Below, in pieces: positions 38,693 to 47,504 of a stretch of 64,000 nucleotides of DNA. The stretch covers positions 15,139 through 79,138 of the forward strand of contig JAITBP010000005.1 of NCBI GenBank assembly GCA_031283585.1, read 5' to 3'. A model generated the notes under the pieces. That model saw only the letters and a list, made by a program, of their open reading frames with translations, had not been told where the DNA came from and made no database searches. Position numbers and translations under genes: made by a program. Numbering within the stretch: the stretch's first letter is position 1; every line of letters starts with the position of its first letter. This DNA is from Puniceicoccales bacterium (lineage in GTDB: Bacteria > Verrucomicrobiota > Verrucomicrobiia > Opitutales > LL51).

Positions 38693-40219
38693 TCAAGGTT
38701 TGGTTAGGATTTTTTTAAATCCAAGCAAGTAGAGTGACACCAAATAGGAACCAACTCCAACCGGAACACCGACCAGGATGGATAAAACACCGTATAGTTT
38801 TTCTGAGCAAACCGCATTTTTTAACCAAGTACAGCAAAACACCACAACGGTTGACATAATTAGGCAGGAAAAAATCACCGTGGATAACGTGTCATACAGA
38901 TTTTTGAGCCTAAACAAATGATCTATTCTAATAAGAAACAGATATAACAAAACCGTCTGCACAACCACAGATAACAGGTTGGCCATGGCCACTCCCTTCA
39001 CCCCATATGGTTTCATAAGTATCAACGTCGCAATAAAATTCACTATAAAACTAACCAAGGATATATATACCGGAATTTTCGTATTTTTCATGACATGGAA
39101 GCCTCGAACAAAAAATGTGGACAGTGCATAAAACACCATGGCAATCATGAACACATATACCACAGGTAGTGTATCAAGCATATCGTCCAGGCCAAAATTC
39201 CCATATTTAAACAGAACGATAAAAATCTCACTTCGTAGGACGATTATCCCTAGGGCAGCCGGTAGTACTATAGCAATGATCATGTTCGCGCCACGCTGAA
39301 AAGCTGCAGATAATCTGGCCCTATCATTTTTTGATGCAAATTTTGACATGTTAGGAAACATCACCGTTGTAATGGCCACAACAAACACGCCCAGGGGTAA
39401 TTCCATCAACCGATTAGCCAAATATAGTATGGACATCGCGCTATTGGATAACCCAAAGGCTAACCATCTGGACACAGCTATGTTTACCTGCATTATCGAT
39501 GCCCCGACGAAGCCGGGTATAAATAATTGCTTAAGCCTATGAAATTGAGGGCTCGTGCCCAGGTCAAATTTTACACGCCAGCCAAGTTTATAAAGCTGGA
39601 TCACCGGCAGCATTAGCTGGACCACTCCACCTGCAAGTACGCCGGCGCACAGCCAGTAAATCCTACTCACCAGTCCATATTGGCAGTAATAACCGGATAT
39701 ATAGAAAAATACAATCATGCTCACATTTAGCCAGATAGCATTCATCGATGAAAGAAAATACTGGCCAAGCACATTCAGAACCGCAGAAAATATCGCAGCC
39801 AAACATACAAAAATCATATAGGGTAACAATAGCGCCGAAAAGTTAAGGCTATAACGCCACCTGTTGCCAATCTGATCCAGGCCCAGGGCAAAAAAAACAC
39901 CTATAATCAGCATACCCGACGCAACTATCCCTAGTAATATTAACGCTACCCTGGTAACAGTCTTATTCAAAAGAGAGAAAGCTGACTGTAAGCTGTTCTT
40001 GTGAAACTCATCCGAAAACACCGGAACCAATGCCGACGTCAATGCACCTTCACCGAATAGCCGTCTAAAAAGATTCGGCAGAGTAAATGCAAAAATAAAC
40101 GCCGAGTTCTCTATGCCGGTACCAAGTGCAGTAAACGTCAATATATCTCTCCACAGTCCGAAAATTCTCGAACTTAAGGTGATGATCGCCACAATAAATA
40201 TATTGTTCAAAACGCCCAT
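38693..40219 (-). CDS. murJ: lipid II flippase MurJ
   Basis: 508 aa with about 14 TM helices. N-terminus (SRIFGLWRDILTFTALGTG.....F..AF.LPN.FRRLFGEGAL..A.VP) is typical of MurJ/MviN. Confidence 0.9.
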   Translation of the reverse strand: MGVLNNIFIVAIITLSSRIFGLWRDILTFTALGTGIENSAFIFAFTLPNLFRRLFGEGALTSALVPVFSDEFHKNSLQSAFSLLNKTVTRVALILLGIVASGMLIIGVFFALGLDQIGNRWRYSLNFSALLLPYMIFVCLAAIFSAVLNVLGQYFLSSMNAIWLNVSMIVFFYISGYYCQYGLVSRIYWLCAGVLAGGVVQLMLPVIQLYKLGWRVKFDLGTSPQFHRLKQLFIPGFVGASIMQVNIAVSRWLAFGLSNSAMSILYLANRLMELPLGVFVVAITTVMFPNMSKFASKNDRARLSAAFQRGANMIIAIVLPAALGIIVLRSEIFIVLFKYGNFGLDDMLDTLPVVYVFMIAMVFYALSTFFVRGFHVMKNTKIPVYISLVSFIVNFIATLILMKPYGVKGVAMANLLSVVVQTVLLYLFLIRIDHLFRLKNLYDTLSTVIFSCLIMSTVVVFCCTWLKNAVCSEKLYGVLSILVGVPVGVGSYLVSLYLLGFKKILTKP

Positions 40220-40367
40220 TCACTATTATAGGCTCTGATTTTGCCAAAATTTACAAGAACATTTTTGTTCTGTAACATTTTGACATATTAAAAACTATAA
40301 TACATCAGTAATAATTTATTGTAATTTGCGTAGGAATTTTATTTTCATTTTTCAAAACTTTTAACTC

Positions 40368-41969
40368 ATGATTTCTTTCCTAGAACGTATTTTGCAAAAA
40401 CATCACAAATGGCTATTTTCGATATTACTATTTATTATTATCGTCAGCTTTGTTTTCACCGTGGGTTCCTCACCGGGCATAGGGAGAAGCAGGGTTAAGG
40501 CCATAAATTTCTTTGGCTATAACCTAAGTTCGCAGAAAGACATCAACTCTCTGCTGGAAGAAACAAGAATGAGTGCAACCCTCAACGGCCGATTTGATTT
40601 GTTATACTTCGGTGGTCTTCAGGATGAAGCACTTATGCGTGCCGTGAAAATAGACATGGCAAACAAAATGAAAATACCAATCCCGGACAAAAAGATTTTG
40701 GACGATTTTGTAGAAAAATACAAAATGTTTATCGATAAAGACGGTAAATTTAGCCCATCGGCCTACAACACAATCATCGGTTCTCTGGTAAGGCGTGACC
40801 ACGATGCCGAAACATTAAAACGCACGATGGAAAATGATTTTCGTTTGCAATTCATCGAAAATGCCATCGGTGGCTGTGGTTTTGCCCTGGAACAACAGGC
40901 AGAGGAACTGGTCAAACAGAACGAAACCAAATGGTCCTTTTATCTGGTGGAGCTGAATGCGGATGAGCCATCGACAAATTTTTCTGAAGAAGAGCTAAAG
41001 GCGTTTTTTGATGAAAACCCAGGCCGCTACTATTTTCCAGAAAGATTCATAGCCACCTATGTTGAATTCGAAAAAGATGCGTTTCGCGAATCCATGACTC
41101 CGGCCACAAAAGACATCCTGAAAAAATTTTACAGCGACAAAAAAGCCCAATTTGATAAATTCAAGGACGATAAGGAGGCTCTGAAAAAAGAAATAATCGA
41201 CGAATACGAAAAATCCCAGTTGAAAAAACTAGCGATAAAAGCCGCCGGAGATTTTGTGTATGGTCTCTATACAAATGGCATAGCCTACGACAGCGAAATG
41301 TTCCATAATATCTTAAAAGCCAATAGGATAACCGAAAAACCAATTCCCTGTTTTGACCTGGATAATCTTCCCACGGACCTGAATCTACCTTCCAAAGCTA
41401 TAAAAAACCTAGTTGATCTTGACAAAATCAGGTACTTTTCGGATCCCTACGAAACAATCAATGGCAACGCCGCGGTGCTATTTTTAAAAGAAAAAATATA
41501 TCCGGTCAAAATGTCATTCGACGAAGCTAGGTCATTGGTACAGGCCGATTACGTAAAAAAAGAAGCTTCGGCGGCATTTGACAGAAAATGCTCTGAAATA
41601 CTTAAAGAGATAGAGTCTTCACTTAAAAAAGATGTAACATTCCAGGCCATCGCACTCGAAAAACAGCTAAAGATCCAGGATCATAAAGACAAAACGCTAA
41701 ATGATCTCCAGCGAAGTGACTTACAACAGGTCTTGGATCATATATCCAAGGGAAATATCGGCAGACTGGTCAAGGATAAAAAGAGTGATGAACTATGCAA
41801 TCTAATCTATATATATAATATGGATGTGCCAGAAGTTACCGATACAGAAAAGCTAACCAAAGCCATGGAAAACCTAGAGTCCGAATCAGCCGATCTTTTT
41901 GCCCGATACTCGGTGATAGATATGGCCGAAGATGTGCTGACAAAATACAAAGAACTCAATGAAAAATAA
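40368..41969 (+). CDS. PpiD/SurA-like membrane-anchored periplasmic chaperone
   Basis: N-terminus (HKWLFSILLFIIIVSFVFTVG) resembles the PpiD anchor, followed by a long helical periplasmic region. I could not recognise a parvulin signature. Confidence 0.45.
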   Translation: MISFLERILQKHHKWLFSILLFIIIVSFVFTVGSSPGIGRSRVKAINFFGYNLSSQKDINSLLEETRMSATLNGRFDLLYFGGLQDEALMRAVKIDMANKMKIPIPDKKILDDFVEKYKMFIDKDGKFSPSAYNTIIGSLVRRDHDAETLKRTMENDFRLQFIENAIGGCGFALEQQAEELVKQNETKWSFYLVELNADEPSTNFSEEELKAFFDENPGRYYFPERFIATYVEFEKDAFRESMTPATKDILKKFYSDKKAQFDKFKDDKEALKKEIIDEYEKSQLKKLAIKAAGDFVYGLYTNGIAYDSEMFHNILKANRITEKPIPCFDLDNLPTDLNLPSKAIKNLVDLDKIRYFSDPYETINGNAAVLFLKEKIYPVKMSFDEARSLVQADYVKKEASAAFDRKCSEILKEIESSLKKDVTFQAIALEKQLKIQDHKDKTLNDLQRSDLQQVLDHISKGNIGRLVKDKKSDELCNLIYIYNMDVPEVTDTEKLTKAMENLESESADLFARYSVIDMAEDVLTKYKELNEK

Positions 41970-42070
41970 TGTCAAAAATCACGAAAACATCAGATATGTT
42001 ATTATATGCTAATTTTGTTGACTTATAATATAAAATGGTTGTTTACACTACATACTATAGTGAAAATGAA

Positions 42071-43159
42071 ATGAAAAACTATCTGATAATTGTTGGAGTT
42101 GCAGTTGCGTTATTGAGTGGATGTCAATCGACAGGCCCTGACTCTATTAAAGAAGCCCAGCCGGAATATAACTATGCGCTGGCTGAAACTGCAAATGAAC
42201 AGATGTTGCTTAACCTTGTTAGGTTAAAGTACCGCGATACGCCATATTTTCTAGAAGTTAGCGGCATAACCGAATCCAGGTCAGCAAAGGTTTCCATGGG
42301 ACTTGGGAAAACCCAATGGAACGTCAATGCGCATAATTCTGGACCTACAGCAGTCATGGCTTTTCCACTTTTAGGAACCGAAGAAACCAGGACCCCAACC
42401 ATAACCTATGCTCCCCTTCAGGGCGAAAAATTTGTTAAACATCTTGTGTCTCCAATCCCACTATCAATAATACTCACCATGGTTCAGGCTGGCTGGACCA
42501 TAGACCGGGTATTCAACCTGTGTGTGGAACGGATCAATGATCTGGATAATGCATCAACCGCCTCGGGCCCAACTCCAGAAACAAAGCCAGAATATGAAAG
42601 CTTCTTCCGCACCACGGAGTTATTGGCCAAGCTCGACCGCAGTGGCGAGATAGAAATAGGAACGAAAAACAATGAATTGGTTCTTAAACTTTCATCGAGC
42701 CCCTATCTGGCATCGGAAAAATACGAACTAAAAAATCTCCTGGATTTGTCTCTGGACACTGACGAATTCACTTTCGGAAACAATTTTATAGACAGCTCGG
42801 ATAATACCCTGACCATACGTACACGTTCGATCATGGAAGTGCTTTTTTATCTATCCCATGCCGTCACGGTCTCCCAAAATGATATCAATGCCGGTCTGGT
42901 CACATTGACCTATGATGACACCGGAGATATTTTTGATTGGACAAACAATCTATCTGGAGAACTGCTCAAGGTTCATTCTTCGGAGGAAAAACCTCAGGGA
43001 GCGTTTGTATCGATAAAATACAGAGGTTCATGGTTTTACATAAACGACAACGATTTAAATTCCAAAACGACTTTTATGTTATTGAATCACCTATTCAATC
43101 TTCAGTCAGGAGAATCTAAATCCATAGCTCCAACATTAACCCTGGCCGTTGGTAGTTAA
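42071..43159 (+). CDS. hypothetical lipoprotein
   Basis: MKNYLIIVGVAVALLSGC lipobox. About 340 aa of mature protein with no recognised family. Followed by a clear terminator. Confidence 0.5.
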   Translation: MKNYLIIVGVAVALLSGCQSTGPDSIKEAQPEYNYALAETANEQMLLNLVRLKYRDTPYFLEVSGITESRSAKVSMGLGKTQWNVNAHNSGPTAVMAFPLLGTEETRTPTITYAPLQGEKFVKHLVSPIPLSIILTMVQAGWTIDRVFNLCVERINDLDNASTASGPTPETKPEYESFFRTTELLAKLDRSGEIEIGTKNNELVLKLSSSPYLASEKYELKNLLDLSLDTDEFTFGNNFIDSSDNTLTIRTRSIMEVLFYLSHAVTVSQNDINAGLVTLTYDDTGDIFDWTNNLSGELLKVHSSEEKPQGAFVSIKYRGSWFYINDNDLNSKTTFMLLNHLFNLQSGESKSIAPTLTLAVGS

Positions 43160-43183
43160 TATTTAAAAAATATATCAAAATAC

Positions 43184-43212
43184 AGGCATCGACATTCGGT
43201 GCCTTGTTTTTT
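43184..43212 (+). terminator. rho-independent terminator
   Basis: 8-bp stem AGGCATCG/CGGTGCCT (one G-U pair), loop ACATT, followed by TGTTTTTT. Starts 24 nt after the lipoprotein stop. Confidence 0.6.
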
Positions 43213-43227
43213 AGATAGTGCTTTAGA

Positions 43228-43311
43228 TGGTGCTCAAGAGGGGACTCGAACCCCTACACCTTGCGGCACATGCACCTCAAACATGCGTGTCTACCATTCC
43301 ACCACCTGAGC
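43228..43311 (-). tRNA. tRNA-Leu (anticodon GAG)
   Basis: Class II tRNA: GCTCAGG-TG-GTG-GAATGGTAGAC-ACG, anticodon arm CATGT-TTGAGGT-GCATG, long variable arm, T arm AGGGG-TTCGAGT-CCCCT, CTTGAGC-A-CCA. Confidence 0.9.
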
Positions 43312-43427
43312 TGAAATCTGCGACAAGCGAAATACATTCAATCATGTTAGCAATAAAAATATTGTAGTTGCCATAGTTTTGGAATTAATTTTATCAACTT
43401 GTTTTGTTGGAAAGGAGACATCGGCCC

Positions 43428-46121
43428 ATGGACAGAATTGAAAGACCGAATAGCGCAGATGACATAGCTGAAATAACCGAAATAGCTGAAATAGCTGAAA
43501 AATCAGAAAGCAAGGATACTCCGTTGGGTTCCAATCTCAAGTTTGGAGTAAAATGGAGCGATCCCGAAATTAAAAATTCCAGCCAAAAGTATCGGCAATA
43601 TCCGCAAAGATCACCCAGGCGTAACCAGGGCAACTTTCGGGCTGATAATCACAGGAAATATCAGCAGCACAACAGGTTCAGGCCCGTAAGGCGTCCCTTT
43701 GAGCCCATCGTCGACGTCGCCTTTTACCAGAACGATGAACCATTTAAAGCCATGGTCGCGATGATGCAGACCTCCTGCAAAACCTATAAGTTGTTCAACG
43801 TGGCTCGGTTGATGCTTGAAAAACCAGAAAATTTCGTCGTCACAATAAAAAAGAAACCAAACGCAAACGGAGAGCTGGAGCCACTGTATCTATCTCTGCC
43901 CGATGGTGTTCCTTTCGAAACCGAACAAGATGTTGTTCTCCACATAGCTAGACATCATATGGACAAATTTTTTGACATAACCGAAATCGATGTGGAGAAG
44001 CCAAAAGGTAATTTCACCAGTGTCCACAGATGTGGCATTACCGGGAAGCTGCTGGCTCCACCTAACTACCACAAATACAGGGCGATAGTCAAAGAACACT
44101 ATGAGTCCGAGATAAAATTCATGTCTTTTGGTAAATTTATGTCAAAAATAGAGATCGTCCATGACGAAGCGGAGATCCAGAAATGGCTTGAGCAAATGTC
44201 TAGGCGCCTAATATACAAGCCCAAAATGCCAGAAAATACCGACGATTTGCCAAAAATTGAATCGATATCCGAGGCTAAGCAGTATCTTTTGGAGAATTTT
44301 AAAGACAAAGCGATAAAGGAATCGATAATGCTAAGGATACCAGGAACGGTACTAGTGACCATGCAGCGCTGCCTGCTCAAAAAATCGATAGACTATGCCT
44401 GGCTATGGCAAAAAAGGATCCCGCTCGATACCGCTAACCGGCTCCGTGGCAAATTCAGAAGCTTTCATTTTTCCGTATATAAAAATGGGAAAAGTGGCAT
44501 ATCCTACGTCTGCGCCGCTCGTAGAAAATTTGTGCCAAGCAACTCCGTTTTTACCAATGAAATCCGCCAACTGATAGAATTTTTAGAAAAAAATAATGGT
44601 ATAAAAATATCCGAACTGGAACAGAAGATTCGCAACCCGACCAGCGGGATTAGTGCCCCCATCGAAGAAATTGCAAAAAATCTAAATTGGTTGATCCATG
44701 AAGGCTATGTAATTGAATATGAAGATGGTAAGCTGGAAACTTTGCCAAAGATGGAAGAGCCAAGAGAAAAATCGGAAAAGTCGGAAAAACCGGAAAAGTC
44801 AGAAAAGTCTGTTCAGAATAGCAATCAATTGGCTCTAATTAACCCATCGGACACCACAACTTTATCATTACGCGTTGATGAAGAAATAGTTATAGAACCA
44901 TACAACAGAGAAACTGCAATTGTCGTGGACAAGGAAACCACCATGGTCGCAACCGGCAGTAGTCCATCCATGGATGGCAACAACCTCCAGGAACAAGCCA
45001 ATCATAATAGAAATGTATTTAGGGCAAAACTCATTGAGCGCAAAAGACTTAGCGGACCAAACACAGAAAAAGTTGGCTATCACCTGGTATTCGAAAATTC
45101 CGGCGGCCACAGTTATAAAAGCGGCGATGCCCTGGCTGTGATGCCAAAAAATCCAGAAAAAGATGTGGTGAGTATATTAAACAGGCTTGGATTAAATTAC
45201 GATGAAATTGTAAAAATTGGAGAATCCGGACTAACTATCGGTAAAGCACTTACAGAAAAATTATGTCTGACACATCTGCCAAAACGCTTCTGGGAAAGCC
45301 TTGCAAAAAAAATCAAAGATGAAAAAGAATTGGAAGAATATTTCGATATAACCAGCGGTGATGGCCAAAAATTTGAGACTTTCTTGAAGACCAATGGCCT
45401 GGCCGATATACTACAAAAATTCGAAAGTATCACATTGTCAGCCAAGGACTTAGCCGATACATTAGGAAGGATGCCGCCCAGACTGTACTCCATATCGTCT
45501 GCCTATAGCGCCACACCGGACAAAATCCACCTACTGGTCGCGGCTGTTAAGTATGTGGTAGAGAACAACAAAGAGCGCCGTGGTGTGGCTTCAACCTATC
45601 TGTGCAATGAGCTACAGGTTGGAGAACAGGCCGAGGTGTTTATAGTGAATTCAAAATTTTCCCTACCGGAAAACTCCGCTGACATTATCATGGTAGGACC
45701 CGGCACCGGCCTCGCACCTTTCATGTCATTTCTTCTGGAAAGGGCTACCCGCCGGGCCAAAGGTAACGCCATCGGGCGCAATTGGTTGTTTTTCGGAGAA
45801 CAACATCGAACGGAAAATTTTTATTACAAAGATGAACTGCTTTCTCTGGTCGATCAGGGAGACCTGTGGCGTCTTGATTTGGCATTCTCCAGAGACCAAG
45901 AGCATAAGATCTATGTCCAAGATAAGATGTTAGAAAACGCTAACCTGATACTCGACTGGATCACCAACGGTGCCTATTTTTACCTATGCGGAGACGCTTC
46001 GAAGATGGCAAAAGATGTTGAGGCCACTCTAAAAACAATACTTAGCAAACATACCAACGATCCTGATGGATTCGTCAAACAGATGTACAAAGATAAACGC
46101 TATCAACGTGATGTCTACTGA
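43428..46121 (+). CDS. chimeric protein: basic low-complexity N-terminus, unknown ~400-aa domain, EKS-repeat linker, and a CysJ-type FAD/NADPH oxidoreductase module with no FMN domain
   Basis: ATG 43428 is preceded by AGGAGA (the track starts at TTG 43404). The C-terminal ~380 aa carry the diflavin-reductase FAD/NADPH motifs RLYSISS, GVASTYL, GPGTGLAPF and YLCGDASKMAKDV. The N-terminal part is not recognisable. Confidence 0.7.
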   Translation: MDRIERPNSADDIAEITEIAEIAEKSESKDTPLGSNLKFGVKWSDPEIKNSSQKYRQYPQRSPRRNQGNFRADNHRKYQQHNRFRPVRRPFEPIVDVAFYQNDEPFKAMVAMMQTSCKTYKLFNVARLMLEKPENFVVTIKKKPNANGELEPLYLSLPDGVPFETEQDVVLHIARHHMDKFFDITEIDVEKPKGNFTSVHRCGITGKLLAPPNYHKYRAIVKEHYESEIKFMSFGKFMSKIEIVHDEAEIQKWLEQMSRRLIYKPKMPENTDDLPKIESISEAKQYLLENFKDKAIKESIMLRIPGTVLVTMQRCLLKKSIDYAWLWQKRIPLDTANRLRGKFRSFHFSVYKNGKSGISYVCAARRKFVPSNSVFTNEIRQLIEFLEKNNGIKISELEQKIRNPTSGISAPIEEIAKNLNWLIHEGYVIEYEDGKLETLPKMEEPREKSEKSEKPEKSEKSVQNSNQLALINPSDTTTLSLRVDEEIVIEPYNRETAIVVDKETTMVATGSSPSMDGNNLQEQANHNRNVFRAKLIERKRLSGPNTEKVGYHLVFENSGGHSYKSGDALAVMPKNPEKDVVSILNRLGLNYDEIVKIGESGLTIGKALTEKLCLTHLPKRFWESLAKKIKDEKELEEYFDITSGDGQKFETFLKTNGLADILQKFESITLSAKDLADTLGRMPPRLYSISSAYSATPDKIHLLVAAVKYVVENNKERRGVASTYLCNELQVGEQAEVFIVNSKFSLPENSADIIMVGPGTGLAPFMSFLLERATRRAKGNAIGRNWLFFGEQHRTENFYYKDELLSLVDQGDLWRLDLAFSRDQEHKIYVQDKMLENANLILDWITNGAYFYLCGDASKMAKDVEATLKTILSKHTNDPDGFVKQMYKDKRYQRDVY
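43461..43514 (+). repeat. 9-bp tandem repeat (GAAATAGCT-like, about 6 units) inside a CDS
   Basis: gacatagct gaaataacc gaaatagct gaaatagct gaaaaatca gaaagcaag, encoding DIAEITEIAEIAEKSESK. Confidence 0.85.
44766..44810 (+). repeat. 9-bp tandem repeat (GAAAARTCN, 5 units) encoding an EKS/EKP linker
   Basis: gaaaaatcg gaaaagtcg gaaaaaccg gaaaagtca gaaaagtct, encoding EKSEKSEKPEKSEKS. Confidence 0.9.
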
Positions 46122-46122
46122 C

Positions 46123-47361
46123 CTAGGCTGAAAATTTTTTAGCTATAACAACGGAATTTACACCCATCATTCCAAAGGAATTGTTCAAAATCACATCCGG
46201 GTTATCTAGCTTTATTGCCTTGTTGCACACCAGATTATCGATTCGACAGCTGGGATCTATGTCATCGATATTGATCGTCGCATGGACATAATGATCATCA
46301 AAAGATGGCAAATTCCCAGCCAGCTCCAAGGCTCCAGCAGCTCCCATGGCATGACCTATAAGACTTTTAGTATTATTGAAATACGTATTGCCAACGGTAA
46401 ACACCTCCCGTAGCGCAACGCACTCAGATATATCTCCCTGGGCTGTCGACGTGGCATGGGTGCTAACTATACTCACGTCACCGGGCTGCATATTGGCCAT
46501 TTTTAAAGCAAGACGAATGCATTCCGCCTGCCTGGTCGAATTCGGCTTGACAGCATCCGTGGCATCGGAGTTTATCGCATAGCCAACTATCTCGGCATAG
46601 ATCTTCGCGCCACGTGACAGAGCATCCCTCAGCCGTTCAACAACATATAGGCATCCACCTTCGCTCACCACAATCCCGTTTCTTGCCTTGTCAAACGGTC
46701 GGCTAACCCGGTTCGGATCCTGGTTATAACCCAGCGCACCTTGACTCTTAAATCCAGCAAATATGCCAAAAGACCTTATGCTTTCGCTGACACCACCGGC
46801 GATGGCAATGTCAACTTCGCCAAGCCGTAACATTTGAAGTGCCTGGATTAACCCTGCATTACCAGCCGCACAGGCAGCGCCGATGGTATAATGAGGCCCG
46901 GTTATCCCCAGATTTATGGTAATCTCACCGGCCGGATTGTTGGCTATGGTCCGTGGGTTATGATAGTGTCCCCAGTATTTTACATCATAGTTAAACCGGG
47001 ACAAATTATATATCTCGTTCTCTGTCTCAACGTTACCGTGCTCTGTTATGCCCACGTAGACGCCAATTCGTGCTCTGTCCATCGTCGCAAAATCAATACC
47101 GCTGTCGCTAATCGCCTCGTTGGCACAATAAACGCCAATGCTGCCGGCGCGGGTACCATTCCTAATGTCCTTCTTGCTTTGATAGCGAGTGGCTTCAAAA
47201 TCACATACACCGGCCGGAACAACCCCAATATACCGAATATCGAGCATTTCGATATTTGACTTTCCGGCTAGCAAGTTACTCCTGAACTCCTTCAGAGAGT
47301 TGCCGTTAGGTGCAGTCAATCCCACACCGGTTATGACTATTCTTTCATCAGCTGTGTACAT
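46123..47361 (-). CDS. fabF: beta-ketoacyl-[ACP] synthase II
   Basis: Active-site Cys (IGAACAAG), His motifs (STHATST, GHAMGAAG), and C-terminal NSFGMMG. Confidence 0.9.
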   Translation of the reverse strand: MYTADERIVITGVGLTAPNGNSLKEFRSNLLAGKSNIEMLDIRYIGVVPAGVCDFEATRYQSKKDIRNGTRAGSIGVYCANEAISDSGIDFATMDRARIGVYVGITEHGNVETENEIYNLSRFNYDVKYWGHYHNPRTIANNPAGEITINLGITGPHYTIGAACAAGNAGLIQALQMLRLGEVDIAIAGGVSESIRSFGIFAGFKSQGALGYNQDPNRVSRPFDKARNGIVVSEGGCLYVVERLRDALSRGAKIYAEIVGYAINSDATDAVKPNSTRQAECIRLALKMANMQPGDVSIVSTHATSTAQGDISECVALREVFTVGNTYFNNTKSLIGHAMGAAGALELAGNLPSFDDHYVHATINIDDIDPSCRIDNLVCNKAIKLDNPDVILNNSFGMMGVNSVVIAKKFSA

Positions 47362-47420
47362 CCTCGATCACCTTAGATAAAATTAAATTCCAGGAAAGTA
47401 AAAAATAACCCAAGTTATAT

Positions 47421-47451
47421 CAATTAATTATCCGAAGCACCCAATTAATTA
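47421..47451. repeat. two copies of CAATTAATTA 21 bp apart in a divergent promoter region
   Basis: caattaatta at 47421-47430 and 47442-47451. Each contains the palindrome TAATTA. Lies between the fabF and PilM-like gene starts. Confidence 0.6.
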
Positions 47452-47504
47452 AATACTTTGCACTGTTACAAATTAATGTAGAATAACAACCTAGGATATT
47501 GTGG

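Noticed and set aside
43394-43633. A 79-aa minus-strand ORF (SAISAISVISAMS...) upstream of and overlapping the chimera gene start.
   Set aside because: It is the reverse-strand reading of the 9-bp repeat array. It has no RBS or independent support, and it overlaps the better-supported plus-strand gene.
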